A stretch of 64,000 nucleotides of DNA from the NCBI GenBank assembly GCA_963665325.3, contig CAXXWS020000004.1, positions 128,001-192,000 of the forward strand. The letters are read 5' to 3'. Position 1 is the first letter of the stretch. Each line of letters begins with the position of its first letter. This DNA is from Alphaproteobacteria bacterium (GTDB taxonomy: Bacteria > Pseudomonadota > Alphaproteobacteria > Bin95). Made by a program: the position numbers and the translations under genes. Under the pieces are notes generated by a model, which saw only the letters and a program-made list of their open reading frames with translations, had not been told where the DNA came from and did no database searches. Positions 1 through 8,631 of the stretch are shown in pieces.

Positions 1-1
1 G

Positions 2-646
2 GCGCTCGCCGCATGGACGGCGCGGGAGCAGCGGCTGCTCGACAAGGGCGGCCTCGTCTTCCCGCCGGACCCGGCGGGCGCGGTTCCCGGCGGGTCGTGC
101 GGCCTGCACGGCTTGCGGACCCTGCCGCCGCGCGAGAACGGCGGCAACTTCGACGTCAAGCAACTGACCAGGGGCTCGAAACTGGTGCTGCCGGTGTTTG
201 CCGAAGGCGCCCTCTTCTCGACCGGCGACGGCCACTTCGCGCAGGGCGACGGAGAGGTCTGCGTGACCGCGGTTGAGATGGGCGCCTCGCTTGCGGTGCG
301 CTTCAAGCTGCACAAGGGCCTCGCGGCGTCGCGCAGGTTCCAGGCGCCGGTGTTCTCGCAAGAGCAGTACTTCGCGCCGCCGGAAATCGCCGTTCCGCAA
401 CGCTTTCTCGGGGTCATGGGCATGCCGATCACCGAGGACGGAGAGAACGAGGGCGAGAACCTGACGCTGGCCTGCCGCAACGCTGTCCTGAACATGATCG
501 AACTGCTGCAGGAACGCGGATACAGCCGCGAGCAGGCCTACGTGATCTGCAGCGTCGCCGTCGACCTCCGGGTCAGCAACGTCGTCGATGCGCCGAACTT
601 CGTGATCTCGGCGCTCTTGCCCGAGATGATCTTCGACGGCGATTGA
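2..646 (+). CDS. Acetamidase/formamidase (FmdA/AmdA) family protein, 5'-partial
   Basis: Frame is open from the window edge; motifs PPRENGGNFD, GDGHFAQGDGEVCVTAVE, AYVICSVAVDL, VVDAPN. Confidence 0.9.
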   Translation, partial: ALAAWTAREQRLLDKGGLVFPPDPAGAVPGGSCGLHGLRTLPPRENGGNFDVKQLTRGSKLVLPVFAEGALFSTGDGHFAQGDGEVCVTAVEMGASLAVRFKLHKGLAASRRFQAPVFSQEQYFAPPEIAVPQRFLGVMGMPITEDGENEGENLTLACRNAVLNMIELLQERGYSREQAYVICSVAVDLRVSNVVDAPNFVISALLPEMIFDGD

Positions 647-1068
647 GCGCGCCACGGTCCCGCGGCCCCGCGGGTCATCGCGTGCGTCATGACATGCGGC
701 TCTTCGAGGATGCCCTCTTCGGCGACGAAGAGGTCCTGTTCGAAGATCCCGCGCCGCGGGCGCTCTACGTCTCGGCCGGCACTATCTCCGTGAATGGAGA
801 GGATGTTCCCCTGGATGGAGGAGTCGTCCTGACGGAGGCGGCGACAGTGCGCGCCGGCGCTGGCGGCGCCACGCTCTGGCGCTGGGAGGTCGGGTCTGCC
901 GGTGCCGACGCTACCGGATGCGGTCATCGGACGACCCATCGCCTTGCCGGCCGCATCGATCCGGCCGCGATCGCCGACGAACTCCTGATCCAGCTCGACA
1001 GCGTCGCCTTCCCGACGGGGGGAAGGGCTCTTCTGCACACGCACCAGGGTCCCGGTGACTTGAACTGA
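643..1068 (+). pseudogene. Cupin-like protein, probably 3'-truncated
   Basis: Ends a few codons after DSVAFPTGGRALLHTHQGPG (the first cupin motif); lower-GC sequence begins at about 1055. Confidence 0.5.
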
Positions 1069-1080
1069 AACTGTCGCACA

Positions 1081-1383
1081 TCAGGCACGCCGGAATTCGA
1101 GATAAGCGACAACTGCATCCTTGATGGAAGCCGTTCCAGTAACTGGATTCGCCCCGCGACGGAAGGAAATCCGGTGGCGCGGTTCCCCAGAAGGCGAGCA
1201 ACATAGAACTTCCACCAAAGGTTCAATGCGACCGTGGTCGAACAGTTCATCCAAATCGCCGTAATAGCGTTCAACCCGCCGGCACCTGCTGATTTTGTCT
1301 CGTATCGCCGGATCGCCGATCCGACGGGTCCTTTTCAGCCAAAGACGGAATGCGCTTTCCGTAGCCTCTTTCAACAGCTTCAA
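1081..1383 (-). CDS. Hypothetical protein (100 aa) in a lower-GC insert
   Basis: Protein-like composition (ISRCRRVERYYGDLDELF...GTASIKDAVVAYLEF); lies directly downstream of the co-oriented ORF 1398-1682. Confidence 0.55.
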   Translation of the reverse strand: MKLLKEATESAFRLWLKRTRRIGDPAIRDKISRCRRVERYYGDLDELFDHGRIEPLVEVLCCSPSGEPRHRISFRRGANPVTGTASIKDAVVAYLEFRRA

Positions 1384-1397
1384 TCCGGCCGGTGCTT

Positions 1398-1682
1398 TCA
1401 GTTGACCGACACGGGCCGCAGCGCCGCGCGGGCCAGTTCCTCCGGCGTTGGTAGCGTCCCGTCGGGTCGCGTCATGTCCATCGGCTCCTCCAGCTCGGCC
1501 TTGCTCGGCTGATACTCCGAGCGCGCCAGATTCACCGGGACCGGTTCCGGCATCTGCCGCTCCACAGGGTGGTCTCTTGGTAGCTTCGGCTTGTCTATCA
1601 TCGCTTCCTCCATTTTAGGGCCATAATGAGCGGACCGTCTCTGCCAAAATGGCACGGCTGGCGATGCGCTTGCATGCGCCAT
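1398..1682 (-). CDS. Small hypothetical protein (probable start near 1601, MIDKPK), likely mobile-element passenger
   Basis: GGAGG before MIDK; motif YQPSKAELEE...TPEELARAALRPV, which I recall from small ORFs next to IS1595-type elements (unverified). Confidence 0.5.
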   Translation of the reverse strand: MAHASASPAVPFWQRRSAHYGPKMEEAMIDKPKLPRDHPVERQMPEPVPVNLARSEYQPSKAELEEPMDMTRPDGTLPTPEELARAALRPVSVN

Positions 1683-1918
1683 GCTAGTCCTTTAATAGAA
1701 TGATTTCAATATGATAGTCTGGGAGGGTGTCAACAGCGATATCGAATGTGCCACAAAATGCCGAGCGTCTCTCGGCGGTGGGCGCGGTCTCTCCCGGCTG
1801 AACGACATAACCCTCGGTGCAACCCAGCAAGCCGACATTGTGGGCAATTGAAAGGGGATTATGTAGGAAAGTGCCGAAGGCCGCTTACCGTGGCCGATCG
1901 CAAACGAGGAGCACCGAT

Positions 1919-2275
1919 ATGCCCGTCAGCACCCGCTACGTCTTCATCGCAAGCATGGATGTGAACCCGGAGAAGGAGGATCTGTTCAACGAAGTCTACG
2001 ACACCGAGCATGTGCCCTACCTGCTGGAGGTGCCGGGTGTGATAGCGGTCACGCGCCTGAAGGCACTGGACTTCGAGGTGTCGATGGGCGGCGAGCTCAA
2101 GTCCGTTGCACGCGGCGAGACCCCGACATGGCACGCCATCTACGAGATCGAAAGCCCCGACGTCATGAAGAGCGCGGCGTGGGCGGAGGCGGTCGAGCGC
2201 GGGCGCTGGCCCGGCGAGGTGCGCCCGCACACCCGCAACCGGCGCCATTCGCTCCAGCGGGTGATGGGGGCGTAG
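1919..2275 (+). CDS. EthD-like / dimeric alpha-beta barrel protein
   Basis: GAGGAG RBS then ATG at 1919; FNEVYDTEHVPYLLEVPGV and HAIYEIESPDV patterns. Confidence 0.75.
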   Translation: MPVSTRYVFIASMDVNPEKEDLFNEVYDTEHVPYLLEVPGVIAVTRLKALDFEVSMGGELKSVARGETPTWHAIYEIESPDVMKSAAWAEAVERGRWPGEVRPHTRNRRHSLQRVMGA

Positions 2276-2281
2276 CAGCCC

Positions 2282-2522
2282 ATGTACAGGATCCTCGACA
2301 GGTTCCGTGCAGACTCAGCAAGTCGCGTCTCTCTCAGACATTACGGAATACGATTGCAGAGCCGTCACGTCTGCGATGACGAAATGCTCACGATGGCTGC
2401 GGGGACACGATGACGCTCCGGCTGCGCGGACCGAAGTGCTCGAACCTGCGGAGCTAAGGCAGGACATCGAGAAGCTGAGTAACCCTCCGAGGAGGACGCT
2501 GAACAGCGCCATAAGTAGCTGA
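2282..2522 (+). pseudogene. C-terminal remnant of a large AAA/SMC-like ATPase gene
   Basis: SVQTQ...DITEYDCRAVTSAMTKCSRWLRGHD...PAELRQDIEKL resembles the C-terminus of accessory AAA ATPases; there is no N-terminus. Confidence 0.4.
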
Positions 2523-2722
2523 TCGCGTTGGATCCCGAAGGGTCAGGACCCGGCGCTTAACAACAGCGGCAATCCGGTAACGCGGGCCGACGTGGCCCGG
2601 GCGGCCGACGAGACGATCGGGTAGCGGCGCATATCGGGCCTGCCGGCCCTGCCGCATGCTTGGCCGGCGCATGGCGGCAGGTTATATGTTTCTATAATGT
2701 TCCACACTCTGCGAGATTCCAC

Positions 2723-2977
2723 ATGCACAGCGAAGACAGCCACCCGGCGCCGAGAGAGGAGGTTCTCTTCGATATCGAGATGGCGCTCAGCAAGGAAGAG
2801 AAGCTGTGGCCGAAGCGGTTCAGGCCCGGCGATCACGATCGCCTCAAGCCCATGGCGCGGGCGATCCTCGAGCATCTCGAACACTGCGGTCTGCAGTTCT
2901 TCCGCAAACCGCCCGCGCCGAGACACAGCACGCCGGATCCCTGGGGCGGCGCCGGAACAGGGAAGGAAAGCGGCTGA
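2723..2977 (+). CDS. Hypothetical protein (84 aa)
   Basis: Coding-like codon usage; MARAILEHLEHCGLQFFRKPP pattern of small alphaproteobacterial proteins. Confidence 0.55.
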   Translation: MHSEDSHPAPREEVLFDIEMALSKEEKLWPKRFRPGDHDRLKPMARAILEHLEHCGLQFFRKPPAPRHSTPDPWGGAGTGKESG

Positions 2978-3000
2978 AGGGGGCGATTTCGCCCCTCCTG

Positions 3001-3051
3001 GAGCGAGCCGAGACCCAGGGCCTTGCCACCGGGATTGCCGAGGTGTCGCCG
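3001..3051 (+). repeat. Inverted partial copy of the cupin gene segment 3330-3380
   Basis: About 45/51 identity to the reverse complement of 3330-3380, including a 28-bp exact core gggccttgccaccgggattgccgaggtg. Confidence 0.85.
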
Positions 3052-3095
3052 CGGGCGTCCAGGCGTTTCGGGAACCGCACCATCGTCGGGGGAGG

Positions 3096-3572
3096 TCAGC
3101 GCTCGAAGTGGTAGGCGATCTCGTCGAAGCGGTCGCGGGGAAAGGCGAACACGAACACGAGCGGCTCCGCTCCGGTGCAGCGCAGCGCGTGCCGGACGTC
3201 AGGCGGGATGTAGATCGCACAGCCGGGACCCACCGGCTGCGACCGGTCCCCGATGTCCACCTCGCCCCGGCCGCTGACGATGAAATAGATCTCGGCAGGC
3301 TCATGGCGGTGACCCGTTAGCTCCGCGCCCGGCGCCACCTCGGCAATCCCGGTGGCAAGGCCCCGGGTCTCCGTCCGCTCGCCGGCGATCAGCACCTTCC
3401 AACGAATCCCCTCTCCCGCGGCAAGGCTGGCGTCTTCGCCGCCTTCCCACTCGAGATCGGCCTGGTCGACAATCGCAGGTCTCGGAGCGAACAACGGAAA
3501 ACCCGTCGACCCGCCGCCGGGCCAGCGGACCTCTGGATCCGGTTCGTCATGCATGATCGCGTAAGCGTCCAT
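3096..3572 (-). CDS. Cupin-domain protein, DddW-like (possible DMSP lyase)
   Basis: WEGG...RWKVLIAGERTETRGLATGIAEVAPG..L..HRHEPAEIY...G.G...YIPPDVRH...F..I.YHF; cupin metal ligands H,H,E,H; start uncertain. Confidence 0.75.
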   Translation of the reverse strand: MDAYAIMHDEPDPEVRWPGGGSTGFPLFAPRPAIVDQADLEWEGGEDASLAAGEGIRWKVLIAGERTETRGLATGIAEVAPGAELTGHRHEPAEIYFIVSGRGEVDIGDRSQPVGPGCAIYIPPDVRHALRCTGAEPLVFVFAFPRDRFDEIAYHFER

Positions 3573-3997
3573 GGGGATCAGGCCTCGGTTCGCGCCGGTG
3601 CGCCGTTGTCGGGACGAAGGGGCGGCACGACCCGGACATGACAGGCTGAAGGGCGACGGGAACCGACGAGCAGCGACATGACGATCCCATCTCCCGGAAC
3701 AGCCCGGCCGCCTGACATCGGCGCCGGTTTCCTGTGCCGCGAAGAGAATCCTCGCTGCCGGGGACCCACACTTGTCGCGATGCGACCGGCAAGAAACCCG
3801 AATGCGACCTTCAGACAAGAAAACGCCAACGGGAGCGGGAAGCCTACCTTGTCGGGCTATGCCGCCCGCCCTGTTTCGGTCAGGCGGATGTCTAACGTCA
3901 GCGCCTATAGGACAAGCTGAGGCATTTCGAAAGGCATTCGGTTCCCGTGCCATCGACTTCGCCCTGCTGACGGGAGCCGAGAGGCTTCTGTATGAGG

Positions 3998-4032
3998 TGT
4001 CAACGGCGGAGCAAAACTGTACCGGCGCGGCG
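3998..4032 (+). mobile_element. Orphan IS21-family terminal repeat
   Basis: TGTCAACGGCGGAGCAAAACTGTACCGG is nearly identical to the IS21 end at 42906. Confidence 0.7.
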
Positions 4033-4235
4033 TCTCGGACGTGCCTGGGCTCTGCTTCCCAGGGTTGCCGTGGCTATCGAATCGATCTTCTTCCTTCATT
4101 CGGGGCGTCTGGCACGATACCAGATACTTGGCGGAGCACATCGCCAGGCGACAGCAATCTCGGGCCGCTTGACCACGCGAACGCTCGAACGCATAGACGA
4201 CGGTCAGGCGCTATCAGACGGGATCGAAAACACCA

Positions 4236-4649
4236 ATGGCTCATGAGCGAATCCGAAAATTCAATACGGCGGACACCTACCCGGAGCAGAACCTCGACAA
4301 CGATCTCTGTCAGGCCGTTGTCGCTCGAGGGAGCATGGTCTTCCTGCGCGGCCAATGTCCGCAGAGTCTCGAGGACGGTGCGAGCATCGACAGCCATGAT
4401 CCGGTGGAGCAAACGCACCAGGTCATGCGGAATATAGGGCAGTTGATCGAGGAGGCCGGCGGCTCGATGGAACATCTGGTCAAGATCGTCGTCTATCTGA
4501 CCGACATTCGTCACCGCGAGCCGGTCTATCGGACCATGGGCCTGTACATCAAGGGTGTTTATCCGGTGTCCACCGGGCTCGTGGTCCAGGCGCTGGCGCG
4601 GCCCGAATGGCTTGTCGAAATCGACGCCACCGCCGTTATTCCGGACTGA
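4236..4649 (+). CDS. RidA/YjgF/UK114 family protein
   Basis: VFLRGQ, VKIVVYLTDIRHR, STGLVVQALARPEWLVEIDATAV. Confidence 0.93.
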   Translation: MAHERIRKFNTADTYPEQNLDNDLCQAVVARGSMVFLRGQCPQSLEDGASIDSHDPVEQTHQVMRNIGQLIEEAGGSMEHLVKIVVYLTDIRHREPVYRTMGLYIKGVYPVSTGLVVQALARPEWLVEIDATAVIPD

Positions 4650-4660
4650 GGAGGAGATTC

Positions 4661-4996
4661 ATGGTGAGGTTGCGCAGCGAACAGATTGCGCAGTATCGCC
4701 GGGACGGCGTTCCGGTGGTCGAGGACGCTACCTCCTCCGATGGCAGCCCCCGGTTTGTCCTTCGACCGCCATCAAGCACCCGGCCTGCCTCGCCGCGAGC
4801 CCTCTTCATCTCTGTTTACGGCGCAGGCGACGCTGTGCCCTGCTCAACCCGCCCGTTACCGGGCATGCATGAGGACCGGTTTGAGCGCGGCGGCAACCCC
4901 CATCGGGTCCGCGCCGAGGATTATGAGATCGAAGTGCCGGAGTTCCCGAAGACCCCGTTCTTCACTCAACAGTCGGAACAGGAGCGCCTCGCGTGA
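4661..4996 (+). pseudogene. Phytanoyl-CoA dioxygenase (PhyH) family, with in-frame internal deletion
   Basis: N-terminus LRSEQIAQYRRDG..VVED joins the C-terminal PRALFISVY.A.DA.P; the catalytic HxD...H core is missing; strong RBS. Confidence 0.65.
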
Positions 4997-5667
4997 CATT
5001 CTCCATTGCTGCCCGCTGCGCCGACACAGGCATGTTCGGCGTTGCCGTCTCATCATCCTCCCCGGCGGTCGCCGCCCGCTGTGCCTACGTGCGCAATGGA
5101 GTCGGCGCAGCACTTAGCCAGAACGTCACGGACCCACGCTTGGGCGACCGGATCCTTGACCTGATGGCGCTAGGCGCGAGTGCCGCGAATGCAGTCAAGG
5201 TAGTGTCCGAGACAAGCCCGGACATTCAGTATCGACAATTGCTCGCGGTTGACGGCGCTGGCCGGGCGGCGGTTTTCTCCGGCTCGAACGCACTTGGAAG
5301 CGTGGGGGAGGCATCGGGACCGGATGTCGCGAGCGGCGGTAATCTGCTGGCGGTCGACACGATTCCACGAACCATCGTCGAGGCGTTTCTCGCGAGCAGG
5401 GGACACCTTGCCGATCGCCTGCTTGCCGCCATGCAAGCCGCGGTCGATGCCGGGGGCGAAGCAGGCCCTATCCACTCCGCCGGCATGAAGCTCGCGGGCG
5501 ACGTCACCTGGCCGATCGTCGATCTACGAGTGGATTGGACCGAAGGCTGTCCGATCCGGGAACTCGCGCATGTCTGGAAGGTCTACGCCCCGCAACTTGA
5601 CGACTACGTGACCCGTGCTCTCGACCCCTCCAAGGCCCCCAGCTACGGCGTGCCCGGCAACCGATAG
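4993..5667 (+). CDS. DUF1028 family (Ntn-hydrolase-like) protein
   Basis: MTFSIAARC..TGMFGVAVSSSSPAV, YRQL, GN.L, AGGE.G..HSAG, DLRVD. Confidence 0.92.
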   Translation: MTFSIAARCADTGMFGVAVSSSSPAVAARCAYVRNGVGAALSQNVTDPRLGDRILDLMALGASAANAVKVVSETSPDIQYRQLLAVDGAGRAAVFSGSNALGSVGEASGPDVASGGNLLAVDTIPRTIVEAFLASRGHLADRLLAAMQAAVDAGGEAGPIHSAGMKLAGDVTWPIVDLRVDWTEGCPIRELAHVWKVYAPQLDDYVTRALDPSKAPSYGVPGNR

Positions 5668-5700
5668 ACCGACCTTGACAGCTTTTCTGCAACCGCGATC

Positions 5701-5760
5701 TTGGCCCATCGGCAATTCGAATATTTCGTGGCCGTGTGTGACGCCGGAAGCACTGCTCCG
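5701..5760 (+). pseudogene. LysR-type regulator N-terminal remnant
   Basis: Translates LAHRQFEYFVAVCDAGSTA, matching the LysR HTH start (LRQLEYFVAV..GS), and then degenerates. Confidence 0.55.
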
Positions 5761-5822
5761 TCCTCGCCCTCAATATCTTCGAGGGGGTACAGGAGGTCAG
5801 AGCCCAATTGACGGCGATCGCC

Positions 5823-7466
5823 TCATTCCCCGGCGCGCTCGATCAGGTGATAGTGGCCGATCCCGGAGGAAGTCACGCCCGGAAACTGCCAGCCAGAAAC
5901 CACCTCCGGATTCACGGCGACCTGGGTGAACACCTGGAACAGAGGGATGTCGTTGTATTGCTCAAAGAGATAGTTGAAGACCTGGCGGGCAACCCGGTCC
6001 CGCTCTTCACCGTTGAATGAGCCGAGCATCTCGCTCACTCGTGCGCTGGTCCAGTCGTCCTCCCATCCCTGGTAGGGGCCGCCGGGATTCGAATAGAACG
6101 CGCGGAATGCGACCTCTGTCGGCCGCGGCGGCGCATTGCGGATAGGGTTGAGATAATACAGTTCCCGGGCCCGGCCCAGGGCGCCGACTCGGGCGTGTTC
6201 GATCTCCACGATCTCGGCCTTGAACCCAACTGCGGTCAGGTACTGGTGCACCAATTCCATCTGTACCGGGATTTCCGGCTGTCCGCCGACCGCCGTCAAG
6301 ATGAGGGGAATCGTGGGATCCTCGAATGCATCCGGATAGCCGGCATGCCACATCAACTGCTTGGCCAGCTCCGGATCGTAGCCGTACTCGGCGTCGAACC
6401 GCTCCACGAGCATCGGATCGAAGCCCTCGTGGCGCTCGACCATAGCGAAGCGCGGCAGAAGGTCGGCGCCGCCGCCGGGGAAGAGGACTTCCAGCATCTC
6501 CTCGCGATTGATGGCGCGGTTTATCGCCTCGCGTATCCGAACGTCGAACCACGGCACGTCCCTGCGGCACGCCGGGTCGTCGGATTCGCAATACAGGCCG
6601 TTGAATACGATGTCCGTCTGCATCGTCGCCCGAGCGGACTGCACCGTACTCATCCCCGCACCTGTCGCATCGGGAATCAGCTCGCGCGGCAGGTCGGCGA
6701 GATGCGCCTCGCCGGCCAGCAGCATCGCCAGCTTTGTGGCCGCCTCGTCCACGAACCGCAACTCCAACTCCGCGAAATCCGGAGTCAATCCCGAATAGTG
6801 ATTCTCGACGCGCTCATAGAGGATACGGCCAGGCGAACGGGAAACGAGCCGGTAGTGGCCCGTTCCTGCGAACCGCTTGTCGTAGCCTTCGAGGCCCTCC
6901 TCGTCGAACTGCTTCTTGCTGTAGATCTTCATGACGGTGCGGCCGCCGTGAAGAAACAGCTTCTCGACGCGCGGGCTGTCATAGACGAAACGCACCGTGT
7001 GGTCGTCCAGTGCCTCGACCTTGGCGCCGCGCAGCTGCGCCACGCCGGGCACAACAGCGTCTTCTCCGGTGTGCAGCGCGTAGCTGTGCACCACGTCAGC
7101 GGCCGTGAACTCACCGTAGCCGAAATGAAACTGCACGCCTTCCCTCAGCTTGAAGGTCCACTCCGTGAAATTCGGGCTGTGTTCCCACGAGACGGCCAAT
7201 CCGTCGCCGGTGTATGCGCCGGTTACCGGGTCTTGGGCTACGAGGCCCTCCAGCGACGGGTCGAGCGCATGCCAACTCAAGGAGGCCGACCAGAACCGGT
7301 TGGACTCGGAGCCGGGCGAGATCAGCGCGGCGACTACGCGCTCGGCTGCCGCCACCGCCGAAACCGGTCCGGCGACGAATGCGAGCATCAGTACAACAGC
7401 AAGAGGGGACGCCGGCCGGGCAAGCAATTTCCATGCGGTTCCGAATGAGCAATCATGTGCTCTCAT
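5823..7466 (-). CDS. ABC transporter substrate-binding protein (family 5, peptide/nickel type)
   Basis: Signal-peptide-like N-terminus; LAVSWEHS...WTFKLREGVQFH.GYGEFTAADV; GTGHY; RIREAINRAINREE; start approximate. Confidence 0.9.
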   Translation of the reverse strand: MRAHDCSFGTAWKLLARPASPLAVVLMLAFVAGPVSAVAAAERVVAALISPGSESNRFWSASLSWHALDPSLEGLVAQDPVTGAYTGDGLAVSWEHSPNFTEWTFKLREGVQFHFGYGEFTAADVVHSYALHTGEDAVVPGVAQLRGAKVEALDDHTVRFVYDSPRVEKLFLHGGRTVMKIYSKKQFDEEGLEGYDKRFAGTGHYRLVSRSPGRILYERVENHYSGLTPDFAELELRFVDEAATKLAMLLAGEAHLADLPRELIPDATGAGMSTVQSARATMQTDIVFNGLYCESDDPACRRDVPWFDVRIREAINRAINREEMLEVLFPGGGADLLPRFAMVERHEGFDPMLVERFDAEYGYDPELAKQLMWHAGYPDAFEDPTIPLILTAVGGQPEIPVQMELVHQYLTAVGFKAEIVEIEHARVGALGRARELYYLNPIRNAPPRPTEVAFRAFYSNPGGPYQGWEDDWTSARVSEMLGSFNGEERDRVARQVFNYLFEQYNDIPLFQVFTQVAVNPEVVSGWQFPGVTSSGIGHYHLIERAGE

Positions 7467-7650
7467 GGCCTCTTCTCCCCTTGAACGTCGCCTCGATGAA
7501 AGTCGCCCCGTTGGCTTTAACTCATCGTTGGCTTCTAACATGGCGGCCGGACCGCGGCAATTGAGCCTCGCACGATGCTCGGCGGTCGCAGCGGCACCGA
7601 TGATCGAGGACGCGGCGCGCCGGTTGGAGTATCCGATCCGGCACCGCGCG

Positions 7651-8631
7651 CTAATACAGATGACAAGCCACCCAGTGGTCTTTCACCTGCGGCACGGGCT
7701 TGAGTTCCGGCGTCACCTCGGCGCAGACCCGGCCGACCTTGAACGGGCAGCGGGGATGAAAGCTGCACCCCGAGGGTGGATCGATGGGTGAAGGGACTTC
7801 GCCCGACAGGATGATCTCCTCGCGTGCGAGGTCCGGATGGCCGGGAAGAGCGGCGGAAAAGAGCGCCTTGGTGTACGGATTCCGAGGCTCCCGGAAGAGC
7901 GACTCCTTTTCCGCATACTCAACGATCCGCCCGAGATACATCACCGCCAGCCAATCCGCCATGTAGCGTGTTGTGCCGAGGTCGTGGGCCACGAGCAGGT
8001 ACGACATTCCATATTGTTTCTGCAGGTCCTTCAGCAGATTCAAGATCTGCGAACGGATGGATACATCCAGCGCGGAGACAGGCTCGTCCAGTATCAACAG
8101 GCTCGGCTCGGAAACGAGGGCGCTCGCGATTGCAATGCGTTGACGTTGGCCGCCGCTGAACTCGTGGGGGAAGTTGCGGGCCTGTTCCGGCTGCAAACCC
8201 ACATCGACGAGTCCCTTCGCGACGCGCTCGTCGATCTCCCGGCTGGACCATCGCTCGTTCACGACCAGCGTCTCGGCAATGATGTCGCGCACTCGCATCC
8301 GCGGATTCAGCGAGCTCCAGGGATCCTGGAACACCGCCTGCACGCGGGTTCGGAAGCGTTTGAGCGCGGCGCCTTCGAGCCCGTGGACGTCTTCGCCCTC
8401 CACCAGGACGCGTCCTTCGGTCGGGGTCTCGAGTCTGAGCACCAGGCGTGCGGTGGTGGTCTTGCCGCATCCCGACTCTCCGACCAAGGCGAGTGTTTCC
8501 CCGGTTGCGCATGAGAGGTCGACTCCGTCCACCGCATGCACCCGGCCCAACTTCTTCGAGAACAGCAGTCCTCTCGTCACCGGGAAGTGCTTCTTCAGGC
8601 CTTCGGTCTTCAGCATGCGATGTTGTTCCAC
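7651..8631 (-). CDS. Oligopeptide/dipeptide ABC transporter ATP-binding protein (OppF/DppF-like)
   Basis: GESGCGKT, FSGGQRQR, LDEPVSALD, C-terminal GCSFHPRC; start at 8631 (GTG) or 8616 (ATG). Confidence 0.93.
   Translation of the reverse strand: MEQHRMLKTEGLKKHFPVTRGLLFSKKLGRVHAVDGVDLSCATGETLALVGESGCGKTTTARLVLRLETPTEGRVLVEGEDVHGLEGAALKRFRTRVQAVFQDPWSSLNPRMRVRDIIAETLVVNERWSSREIDERVAKGLVDVGLQPEQARNFPHEFSGGQRQRIAIASALVSEPSLLILDEPVSALDVSIRSQILNLLKDLQKQYGMSYLLVAHDLGTTRYMADWLAVMYLGRIVEYAEKESLFREPRNPYTKALFSAALPGHPDLAREEIILSGEVPSPIDPPSGCSFHPRCPFKVGRVCAEVTPELKPVPQVKDHWVACHLY

Noticed and set aside
3660-3800. Possible universal stress protein remnant (GSPAARILFAAQETGAD)
   Set aside because: Match too short and degenerate to support.
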